Source of the DNA: an uncultured Anaerolineales bacterium
GTDB lineage: Bacteria; Chloroflexota; Anaerolineae; B4-G1
Reading direction: 5' to 3'
DNA length: 64,000 bases
NCBI GenBank assembly: GCA_964390305.1
Contig: CAYMHT010000003.1
Span: forward strand, 10,270 to 74,269
The notes beneath the pieces were generated by a model. That model was not told where the DNA came from, searched no databases, and worked only from the letters and a program-made list of their open reading frames with translations. How positions within the stretch are numbered: position 1 is the first letter of the stretch; the number at the start of each line of letters is the position of its first letter. Shown piece after piece: positions 9,709 to 17,646 of the stretch. The translations under genes were made by a program, and so were the position numbers.

Positions 9709-11178
9709 ATGGGAAGCAAGCTGGAAGCTCCCGAGAAAGGATTGGTAGGCGGTCAGTATAAACCCCTGTCCGACGAGGAAGTACAACAGATACACGAGGC
9801 GTCGTTGCAGGTATTGGAGCGAACTGGCGTGCAGGTGGGTCAATCCGAAGCTCTGCAGTTGTTCGAGGACGCCGGGGCAGCCGTCGAGGAGGATCGCGTG
9901 CGGCTTCCGCGTTCGCTGATCGAGGACGCCATCGACAAGGCTGCCTCGACGGTTGTATTGGCCGGTCGCGATCCCGAACACGATCTGATCCTCGAGGACG
10001 CGCGCGTCTACATCGGGACCGGCGGCGCGGCGCTTCAGGTGCTGGATCTGGACACCGGCGAGATCCGTAAGGCGGTATTGGGAGACGTGGGCGACATGGC
10101 CCGCATCGTGGACGCTCTGGACAACATACATTTCTACCTGATCCCCATCTATCCTACCGATCTCCCTGAGGATCAGGTGGAGATCAGTAAGTACTACGCG
10201 GCACTGGCGAATACGACCAAGCACGTGCAGGCCGGCGTCTATACCCTGCGCGGGCTCCGCGACGTGGTGGCAATGTGCGAGGAGATCGCTGGTAGCCCCG
10301 AGGCACTGCGCGCCCGCCCTCTTGTCTCCTTCATCACCAGCTGGATGGTCAGCCCGCTGAAGTTCGCCACGGACGTAACGACGCTGCTCATCGAGACCTG
10401 TCGCCAAGAGATCCCCGTCGTCCTTTCGGCGGCACCGATGGCGGGATCGACCTCCCCGGTCACGCTGGCGGGCACGCTGGTTCAGTTGAACGCTGAGCAG
10501 CTGTCCGGTCTGACGCTGACCCAACTGGTCAACCCGGGGACGCCGGTGATCATGGGTCCGATTCCTGCCACCGCCGATATGCGCAGCGGCAAGTATCTGG
10601 GCGGCTCAGTGGAGTTAGGGATCAGCAACGCGGCCATCACCCAACTGGCTCATCTGTATCAAGTGCCCATCTACAACAGTGCCGGCATGACAGATTCGAA
10701 GGTTCCGGACATCCAGGCCGGGATCGAGAAGGCGCAGTCGGCCATCCAGGTGGCACTGGCGGGTACGAATTTCATCCATCACGCTGCCGGGATGCTGGAA
10801 GATATGTCGACCATCGCCTATGAACAGTTCGTGATCGACAACGAGATGCTGGGCATGGCGATGCGGGCCGTCCGGGGCATCGACGTTGACGACGACACGC
10901 TTGCGGTAGACGTGATCGGCCGGGTCGGCCCCGGTGGGCACTACTTGAGCGACGACCACACGCTGCGCTATATGCGGACCGAACACTACTACCCGTCGGA
11001 TGTCTTCGACCGCCAGGGGCGGGACGAGTGGGAGGCGGACGGCGAGACTGACGCCTGGCTCCGAGCCAAGGAAGCTGCGCGCAAGATCTTGACCGCGCAC
11101 GAGCCGGAGCCACTGGATCCGGAGGTTGATGCCTGGATCAAAGAGGAGTTTGCAGACACTCTAGTGCTACGAGAGTGA
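9709..11178 (+). CDS. MttB-superfamily methyltransferase, non-pyrrolysine (quaternary amine:corrinoid methyltransferase, MtgB-like)
   Basis: ~490 aa uninterrupted ORF with no in-frame amber, TIM-barrel MttB family (COG5598), paralogous to the next gene. ATG at 9709 follows RBS AGGAGG; an alternative TTG lies at 9703. Confidence 0.75.
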   Translation: MGSKLEAPEKGLVGGQYKPLSDEEVQQIHEASLQVLERTGVQVGQSEALQLFEDAGAAVEEDRVRLPRSLIEDAIDKAASTVVLAGRDPEHDLILEDARVYIGTGGAALQVLDLDTGEIRKAVLGDVGDMARIVDALDNIHFYLIPIYPTDLPEDQVEISKYYAALANTTKHVQAGVYTLRGLRDVVAMCEEIAGSPEALRARPLVSFITSWMVSPLKFATDVTTLLIETCRQEIPVVLSAAPMAGSTSPVTLAGTLVQLNAEQLSGLTLTQLVNPGTPVIMGPIPATADMRSGKYLGGSVELGISNAAITQLAHLYQVPIYNSAGMTDSKVPDIQAGIEKAQSAIQVALAGTNFIHHAAGMLEDMSTIAYEQFVIDNEMLGMAMRAVRGIDVDDDTLAVDVIGRVGPGGHYLSDDHTLRYMRTEHYYPSDVFDRQGRDEWEADGETDAWLRAKEAARKILTAHEPEPLDPEVDAWIKEEFADTLVLRE

Positions 11179-11295
11179 GTCGTGGTCAGCTGACGGTGTT
11201 AGGTCTTGGTCGTAGCGTGGGCTAAAGGTCAAGTGGGATTCATATCTCACGTGTCCCCTCGGGCCTCGCTTCCTACGATCTGGAGGTGATTTCTC

Positions 11296-12744
11296 GTGAC
11301 CGAGCAACTGCCGATTTCGACGTTGCACCCGTTCGCACGCGGCCTCTCCGGCGAACAGGTGCGGGAGATTCACTACGCCACGCTGGAGATTCTGTCCAAG
11401 ATCGGCGTGGATATGCAGGACGCGCAGGGGCGTGAGATACTCCTGGAGGCCGGCGCCTGGGAGTCCGGCGGTCGAATCAAGATACCGGAGAATCTGGTCA
11501 CAGATGCCATCGACGAGGCTCCGTCGCGCATACCGATGCACGATCGGCTGGGCAACCTGACCATGCCTTTGGAGCTGGGGAAGGTGTTCTTCGGGACCGG
11601 CTCCGATACGACGTTCACGCTCGACGTGCACACGGGCGAGCGCCGACGTGCGACGGCGCAGGACGTGGAGGACATCGCACGCCTGTCCGACGCGCTGGAC
11701 AACATCGACTTCATCATGTCGATGGGCAACCCGTCCGATGTGCCAGCAGACGATCTCTACATTCACGAGTTTGTGGGGATGATTCGGGGCTCGGTCAAGC
11801 CCAACGTGTACACGGCTAAGGATCGTGACGACGTGGAGGATGTCTATCGCATCGCCGTGGCCGTGGCGGGGAGCGAGCAGGCCCTGCGGGAGAAGCCCTT
11901 CTTCTTGCTCTATGCCGAGCCGATTTCGCCCCTGATGATCATCGAGGAGTCGTTGCAGAAGCTGATCTTCTGTGCCCAGAAAGGCGTCCCATCGGGGTAT
12001 ATCCCCTCGCCGAACACTGGGGGCGGTGGCCCGATCACCCTGGCCGGCGCTCTGGCGCTGGGCAACGCCGAATGCTTGGTCGGGCTGGTGATCGCCGAGT
12101 TGCTCAATCCAGGCACGCCCTACATCTACGGGATGAACACCGCGGCGATGGACATGAAGACCACTATCGTCAGCTATGGCAGCCCTGAGTGGCCGTTGGG
12201 GATGATGGCGCAGATGGATCTGGCGCGCTACTACAACTTGCCGGGATGGTCGGCGGCTGGGGCCACGGACAGCAAGGTCGTGGACGCACAGGCCGGGATC
12301 GAGATGACGTTCTCCATCCTGACCAACTTCCTCGCGCGTGCGACGCTGGTGCACGATGTGGGCTACATTGAGTATGGCTCCACATCCTCTATGGAGGCGG
12401 TGGTGATCGCCGACGAGGTCATCGGCGAGACGCGTTTCCTGGTCGAGGGTGTCGAGGTCAGCCCTCGTACGTTGGCGCTGGACGCCACGGCTCGGGTCCG
12501 GCCGGGCGGGGGCTACCTGTCCGACGATCATACACTTGAGCATTGGAGGTCGGCTCAGTGGCACCCAGACCTTGTCGACCGCGATCGACACGACGAGTGG
12601 GTGGAACGAGGGAGGCAGGATATGTTCACTCGGGCCAACGAGCGCGCAAGGAAAATCCTCGGAGAGCACGAGGTGCCGCCGCTGCCTGAGGAAGCCGAAG
12701 GGGTGATCGAGGAGATTCTGGAGGAGCGGGCGACCGATGGGTAG
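11296..12744 (+). CDS. MttB-superfamily methyltransferase, non-pyrrolysine (second paralog)
   Basis: 482 aa with a GTG start after RBS GGAGGTGA, collinear similarity to the upstream paralog (GGYLSDDHTL, DSKV.D.QAG). The 617-aa antisense ORF is rejected. Confidence 0.75.
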   Translation: MTEQLPISTLHPFARGLSGEQVREIHYATLEILSKIGVDMQDAQGREILLEAGAWESGGRIKIPENLVTDAIDEAPSRIPMHDRLGNLTMPLELGKVFFGTGSDTTFTLDVHTGERRRATAQDVEDIARLSDALDNIDFIMSMGNPSDVPADDLYIHEFVGMIRGSVKPNVYTAKDRDDVEDVYRIAVAVAGSEQALREKPFFLLYAEPISPLMIIEESLQKLIFCAQKGVPSGYIPSPNTGGGGPITLAGALALGNAECLVGLVIAELLNPGTPYIYGMNTAAMDMKTTIVSYGSPEWPLGMMAQMDLARYYNLPGWSAAGATDSKVVDAQAGIEMTFSILTNFLARATLVHDVGYIEYGSTSSMEAVVIADEVIGETRFLVEGVEVSPRTLALDATARVRPGGGYLSDDHTLEHWRSAQWHPDLVDRDRHDEWVERGRQDMFTRANERARKILGEHEVPPLPEEAEGVIEEILEERATDG

Positions 12745-12982
12745 AGATCGGTGTCCTCCTTCATATGCCGGGTCGCGACCAGTATACCTGGCACAGCAGG
12801 CGCAGGCAAGGGAAGCCTGGGCGGAGCGGGGTTCTGGTCGCTGGCGAGAGACGTCGACCAGAGGTTGAACGGCGGCTCCGCCAGGGTGGGCGCCTGTGAC
12901 CGCCAGGAAGGGCGCCCCTGCTGCGTCGCTTTCTCTCGTGGGTTGGCGCACCCATAGTGACACTGGAACGTCCAGGCCAAGC

Positions 12983-13050
12983 TTGACGAAAGGCATGCTT
13001 TGCGCTAGAATATGCTTCACGGGCAGGATATTTCTCCTGCCCGTTTATTG
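12983..13050 (+). promoter_or_regulatory. Promoter (TTGACG-N17-TAGAAT) followed by leader hairpin+U-tract upstream of rplY/ctc
   Basis: -35 at 12983-12988, -10 at 13006-13011. Hairpin GGGCAGGA-tatttc-TCCTGCCC at 13021-13042, then GTTTATTG, before the ATG at 13081. Confidence 0.4.
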
Positions 13051-13080
13051 GGCGAGAGATGTACTTGGGAGGTATAGGGG

Positions 13081-13788
13081 ATGAGTCAGAAGGGCCGAGT
13101 TGAGCTAGAGGCGAAGAAACGATCCGTACTCGGCAGCAAGGTAAAGCGCCTGCGTCGACAGGGGTGGGTGCCCGGGGTCATGTACGGCCACGGTTTTGAG
13201 CCGATCCCTCTCCAGTTCGACAGACACGACTTGAAGGATGTCTTGTCGCAGATCGGCGGCAGTCAGCTGATCAACGTCAAGGTCGATGACGCGGACGAGG
13301 CGGAGTTTGCGCTGCTTCGTGACGTCCAGCGCGACGTCATCACGGGGGATTTGCTGCACGTTGACTTCTATCGCGTCATGATGAGCGAGACGATCACGAC
13401 TGAGATTCCGCTGTTGACCACGGGCGAGTCACCTGTTGCGGAGCGGAAGGAAGGCATTATGCTCCACGGCATCTCGGAGATTGAGGTTGAGTGTCTACCC
13501 GGTGATCTGGTAGATGCCATTGAGGTCGACCTGTCGGAGCTGACGGAGATTGGTCAGGCCATTCTGGTGAGCGACCTGGCGGTTCCGTCCGGGGTCGATA
13601 TTTTGACTGACCCTGATGAAGTGATCGCCCGTCTCGTGCCGCTGGAAGAGGTTGAGCTGGAGCGGCCGGCGGCAGAGGTCGAGGAAGAGCTGATCATGGC
13701 GGAAGAGGGTGAAGAAGTGGAGGTCATCGGTGAGGCTGAGGCTGAAGAGGCCGAGGAACCCGAAGAAGAGGTCAGAGACTACATGTAG
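13081..13788 (+). CDS. rplY: 50S ribosomal protein L25 / general stress protein Ctc (long form with acidic C-terminal tail)
   Basis: 235 aa. bL25/TL5 N-domain (VKRLRRQGWVPGVMYGHG...) plus a C-terminal beta-domain and a Glu-rich tail. Confidence 0.85.
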   Translation: MSQKGRVELEAKKRSVLGSKVKRLRRQGWVPGVMYGHGFEPIPLQFDRHDLKDVLSQIGGSQLINVKVDDADEAEFALLRDVQRDVITGDLLHVDFYRVMMSETITTEIPLLTTGESPVAERKEGIMLHGISEIEVECLPGDLVDAIEVDLSELTEIGQAILVSDLAVPSGVDILTDPDEVIARLVPLEEVELERPAAEVEEELIMAEEGEEVEVIGEAEAEEAEEPEEEVRDYM

Positions 13789-13832
13789 GGCGTCGAAGAC
13801 CAACGTGTGATTGTGGAACGGACGCGGATAAG

Positions 13833-13870
13833 GCGGAGACGGGGCTTCCCTGTCTCCGCTTTCTCGTCTC
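13833..13870 (+). terminator. Intrinsic terminator after rplY/ctc
   Basis: 12-bp GC-rich stem (GCGGAGACGGGG / CCCTGTCTCCGC), 4-nt loop, then TTTCTCGTCTC. Confidence 0.6.
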
Positions 13871-13928
13871 TGGCGGGTGTATCCGCACGTGTGGATGATG
13901 GACGCAGGCGTCGCTGAAGTCCGGCTGC

Positions 13929-13957
13929 TTGACACTGGTAGGCTAAACGTATAGAAT
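13929..13957 (+). promoter_or_regulatory. Sigma-70-type promoter of cbpA-htrA operon (TTGACA-N17-TAGAAT)
   Basis: Consensus -35 at 13929-13934 and -10 at 13952-13957, 25 nt upstream of cbpA. Confidence 0.5.
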
Positions 13958-13981
13958 GATTTCCCAAGGATAGGATGATGG

Positions 13982-14962
13982 ATGAAGTATAAGGACTACT
14001 ACGACACCCTCGGCGTTGGTCGCGACGCAAGTGAGCGAGACATCAAACAGGCCTTTCGACGGCTGGCTCGCCGGTGGCACCCCGACGTCAACCCCGACGA
14101 CAAAGAGGCTGAGGAGAAGTTCAAGGAGATCAACGAAGCCTACGAGGTACTGGGTGATCCAGACAAGCGGGCCAAGTATGACCGCTTGGGCCAGAGCTGG
14201 AAGCAGTGGCAGCGTGGCGGAGGTGATCCCGGGCGATACGACTGGTCCCAGTGGTTCACCGGCATGCCGGGTGGGGCGCGTGTCAAGTGGCGTGGCGATC
14301 TGAGTGATCTCTTTGGGGGCTCGGGCGCTGGAGCGTTCTCCGATTTTTTCAACGCCCTGTTTGGAGGAATGGGCGGGGCGCGGGTCCGGACAGCCGAGGA
14401 CGTTTTCGGACGTGCGCCAGGGGCCCGTGGTTATCGGGGTAGTTCTGGATCCGGGGATGCCGAGGCCAACGTCACGATTAGCCTGGAGGAGGCACTGAAC
14501 GGCACCAGCCGGGTCCTGGAGAAGAGCGGGCGCCGGATTCGTGTGACGATACCTCCTGGTGTGACGACCGGGTCCAAGGTGCGCGTCGCTGGGCAGGGGT
14601 ATCCGCGCGCGGGCGGGGGCCCGACTGGTGATCTCTATCTCAACGTGACCGTAAGTCCTCACGCTGTCTTCGAACGCGAAGGCGACGATCTTCGCTGCAA
14701 TGTCAATGTCGATCTCTACACCGCCGTGTTGGGCGGTCAGGTGCGTGTGCCCACGCTCAACGGCGACGTCTCGCTGAGGGTCCCTCCCGGGACCCAGGGT
14801 GGGCAGACGTTCAGGCTCCGCGGCAGGGGCATGCCGAACTCCCGCGACCCGAGCCGGCGAGGGAACCTTCTGGCGACCGTGGAGGTGCAGATTCCGGAAA
14901 ATCTGAGCGCCCGTGAGCGAGAGCTCTTCGATGAGCTCGTGCGTATTAGGGGAAGGAGATAA
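13982..14962 (+). CDS. cbpA: DnaJ-family co-chaperone lacking the zinc-finger repeat (CbpA-like)
   Basis: J domain (YYDTLGV...HPDVN...[14 protein letters not shown]), a G-rich linker, DnaJ C-terminal domains, and no CxxCxGxG repeats. Confidence 0.8.
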   Translation: MKYKDYYDTLGVGRDASERDIKQAFRRLARRWHPDVNPDDKEAEEKFKEINEAYEVLGDPDKRAKYDRLGQSWKQWQRGGGDPGRYDWSQWFTGMPGGARVKWRGDLSDLFGGSGAGAFSDFFNALFGGMGGARVRTAEDVFGRAPGARGYRGSSGSGDAEANVTISLEEALNGTSRVLEKSGRRIRVTIPPGVTTGSKVRVAGQGYPRAGGGPTGDLYLNVTVSPHAVFEREGDDLRCNVNVDLYTAVLGGQVRVPTLNGDVSLRVPPGTQGGQTFRLRGRGMPNSRDPSRRGNLLATVEVQIPENLSARERELFDELVRIRGRR

Positions 14963-14964
14963 GA

Positions 14965-16140
14965 ATGAGAGCAGAGAGGCGTCTCCTGCTTCTCCTGGCA
15001 CTCGTGGTCCTGCCTACACTGGCTTGCAGGGCCCAGCAGCTTGTGTTTGAGCCCACCCCGTTGGCGTCACCTTCGACGCCTTCGTCTTCTGCCGTAGTCC
15101 CCACGGCCACGCCACTCTCGGACGAGGAACTGGCGGAGGTAGATGCGCAGGATGCTTTGCTCATCAATCTTTACGAACGGGTCAACCCTGCTGTGGTCTA
15201 CATTGAGGTTCTTCTGGAGCAGGGGGGTGGTGTGCGGCCGCTGGGTAGTGGGTCCGGTTTCATAGTCGACCGAGAGGGACATATCGTCACAAATAGCCAC
15301 GTGGTCGAGAATGCCGACGCGCTTCAGGTCACCTTCTACGACGGTACAGTGACGCATGGCGCCGAGGTGGTGGGCCGTGACTCCTACTCCGACATCGCGG
15401 TGATCAAGGTCGACGTCCCTTCCGAGCGTCTGCGACCCCTGGAGTTGGGCGATTCGGACGAGCTCAAGGTAGGTCAGCGGGTGGTTGCCATCGGCAACCC
15501 GTTCGGCCTGCAAGGGACGATGACCGCCGGCGTGGTCAGCGCCGTGGGGCGCACACTGACCTCGCAGATTCTGCAGGGCGGGGCGTTCTCCAATCCCGAG
15601 ATCATCCAGACCGACGCGTCGATTAACCCGGGTAACTCTGGCGGGCCTCTGCTCGATTCGCGAGGACGCGTCGTTGGCGTGAACACTGCTATTCGCTCGG
15701 CGACAGGGCTGAACGCCGGGGTTGGATTCGCCGTGCCGGTAAACACCGTCAAGCGGATCATGCCTGACCTGATCGAGAAGGGGGCATACGACTATCCGTA
15801 TCTCGGCATCACCTCCGACCGGAATTTCGCCGTGGCCGAGCTGGCTGAACCGTTGGGGCTGTCCGTGGACCACGGGGTGCTCGTCGCTGAGGTTCAGCCC
15901 GGTACCGCTGCTGCCGAGGCCGGCCTGCAGGGAGGGGATCGCGAGGTCGAGGTCATGGGGCAGTCGCTCGTTGCCGGCGGTGACATTATCATCGCGATCG
16001 ATGGTGAGGAGCTCTGGACCTTCGATGACCTGGTCGCCTATCTCGTGAGCGACACGGAGGTCGGGCAGGAGGTGACGCTGACCGTCATCCGTGGCGAGGA
16101 GCAGATGGAAGTCTCAGTGACGCTGGGAAAGAGGCCTTGA
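14965..16140 (+). CDS. htrA: HtrA/DegP-family serine protease with PDZ domain
   Basis: Signal/TM N-terminus, trypsin-like catalytic motifs (HVVE..., D..., GNSGGPL) and a C-terminal PDZ domain. Starts 3 nt after the cbpA stop. Confidence 0.85.
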   Translation: MRAERRLLLLLALVVLPTLACRAQQLVFEPTPLASPSTPSSSAVVPTATPLSDEELAEVDAQDALLINLYERVNPAVVYIEVLLEQGGGVRPLGSGSGFIVDREGHIVTNSHVVENADALQVTFYDGTVTHGAEVVGRDSYSDIAVIKVDVPSERLRPLELGDSDELKVGQRVVAIGNPFGLQGTMTAGVVSAVGRTLTSQILQGGAFSNPEIIQTDASINPGNSGGPLLDSRGRVVGVNTAIRSATGLNAGVGFAVPVNTVKRIMPDLIEKGAYDYPYLGITSDRNFAVAELAEPLGLSVDHGVLVAEVQPGTAAAEAGLQGGDREVEVMGQSLVAGGDIIIAIDGEELWTFDDLVAYLVSDTEVGQEVTLTVIRGEEQMEVSVTLGKRP

Positions 16141-16210
16141 GCTCCCGTGGAGATCTGGTCATCAACGTGGGACGAACGTTAGCTGACGTCTAACTGAAAG
16201 GGGTGAATGT

Positions 16211-17320
16211 ATGTTGGATCGAGACGACTTGCGCGAGCTTGCAGCATACAGAGCTGAGGCACCGGTGTTGAGCGTCTATCTGAATGTCGACCCTACGGAT
16301 CGCACGCGGGATGAATACAGGCTCGAGTTGCGGCAGATGCTGAAGGAGGCCCAGGGAATGGCTGCTGCCGAGGACGTTGAGGCGGTGGAGGCGTTCTTCG
16401 ACCATGAGTACGATTGGTCAGGCCGCGGAGCGGCCGTGTTCTCGTGTCAGGAGACGGGTTTCTGGCGCGCGTACTCTTTGGCTATGCCGGTCCCCTCCGG
16501 TGTGACGGTGGCTCATCGGCCTTATATCACCCCGCTGGCGGAGCTCGTCGATGCTTACGGGAGCTACGCCGTGGCGATTGTGGATCGACGTCAGGCGCGG
16601 CTGTTCTTGTTTGATCTGGGCGAGTTGCGAGCCAGTGACGAGTTCGTTGGTGAAGATGTGCGTAAGTTGAAGCGGGGGCGGGGGTCCTCCGGTGGGCACG
16701 GTCGCCGGGGCGGTGCTCCGATTTCGAGTCAGCATGAGGAAGAGGTCGTGAGACGAAATATCCGCGATGCGGTTCAGGTGATCGAGTCGTTCTGTCAGGA
16801 CCACGAGCCTCAACGCCTGGTCATCGGGGGTTCTGACCGGATGGTGGTCAGGTTTCAGGAGGCACTGCCCAAGCATCTCCAGGATAGAGTGATCGGCACA
16901 TTTAGCGCCGACATGAATGCACCAGAGCCGGAGATAAGAGAGCGCTCGCTGGAGATTTTGCAGCAGGTCGAGGAGGGGCGCAAGGAGGCCGTTGTAGATG
17001 CCGTGTTCACCGCCGCGGCGAAGGGCAGCAATGGCGTGATTCGCCTGGCGGACACTCTGGGTGCCGCCCACGAGGGCCGGGTTCAGACACTGGTGATCGA
17101 TCGTCACTATCACGAGCCTGGCTATCAGTGCGAGCACTGCGGCTATATCACCGATCATCCTCTGAAGAAGTGTCCTTTCTGCGGAGGCGACTTCATGGAG
17201 ATCCCCGACGCCGCTGAGGCCCTGGTTACGAAAGTGATCGAGGAGGGGGGCGAGGTCGAGGTGGTGGACGATAACCCGAAAGCGAAGGAGTTTGGAGTGG
17301 GGGCGCTGCTGCGGTACTAG
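16211..17320 (+). CDS. eRF1/Pelota-like (baeRF1-type) protein with C-terminal zinc ribbon; function unknown
   Basis: 369 aa. The central segment KRGRGSSGGHGRRGG...EEVVRRNIRDAVQV resembles the eRF1/Pelota central-domain loop (KHGRGGQSA..RF.RLR...VRKVAE), with Gln replaced. C-terminal CEHCGY-X11-CPFCGG treble-clef. Confidence 0.5.
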   Translation: MLDRDDLRELAAYRAEAPVLSVYLNVDPTDRTRDEYRLELRQMLKEAQGMAAAEDVEAVEAFFDHEYDWSGRGAAVFSCQETGFWRAYSLAMPVPSGVTVAHRPYITPLAELVDAYGSYAVAIVDRRQARLFLFDLGELRASDEFVGEDVRKLKRGRGSSGGHGRRGGAPISSQHEEEVVRRNIRDAVQVIESFCQDHEPQRLVIGGSDRMVVRFQEALPKHLQDRVIGTFSADMNAPEPEIRERSLEILQQVEEGRKEAVVDAVFTAAAKGSNGVIRLADTLGAAHEGRVQTLVIDRHYHEPGYQCEHCGYITDHPLKKCPFCGGDFMEIPDAAEALVTKVIEEGGEVEVVDDNPKAKEFGVGALLRY

Positions 17321-17420
17321 CTGTCCTCTCCCCCGTTGAGGGTAGAGAAGGTATGGCGTCGGACGTGTGCTGATCGGTCGGTGGCGCGCACCGCTTGATC
17401 CGGGTGCAGGCAGCAAACCT

Positions 17421-17452
17421 AAAGGGCCGCTAATGCGGCCCTTTACGCGTTT
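17421..17452 (+). terminator. Intrinsic terminator after eRF1-like gene
   Basis: AAAGGGCCGC-taat-GCGGCCCTTT hairpin followed by ACGCGTTTC. Confidence 0.6.
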
Positions 17453-17578
17453 CAGAGGGGCAATCCTCATATAGAAATCCAATGCAACGCTAACGGCGCT
17501 CTAATGGAGACTGGGTATGATCTGAGTGGAAGCATCATGCGTTTGTGTCACGTTCTTATCTTGTCTTGAATATACCGT

Positions 17579-17610
17579 ACTCTGCAAACGATGGGACGTC
17601 TTGCAGAGAG
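17579..17610. promoter_or_regulatory. Inverted repeat (ACTCTGCAA-N13-TTGCAGAG) in clpB upstream region
   Basis: 8-9 bp perfect palindrome arms, 37 nt upstream of the clpB start; candidate operator. Confidence 0.35.
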
Positions 17611-17646
17611 TTTTAGTGTTTCTAGTCTAGTTGGTGGGTGGTTCTT

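Noticed and set aside
11167-13020. 617-aa ORF antisense to the second MttB-family gene
   Set aside because: Same high-GC antisense artefact. The plus-strand product aligns collinearly with the neighbouring MttB paralog.
17400-17646. Looked for CIRCE (HrcA), HAIR (HspR) or CtsR operators upstream of clpB, clpC, hsp20 and lon
   Set aside because: Only a weak half-match (CTTGAAT...ACTC) near 17565 was found. No consensus elements are present, so none is reported.
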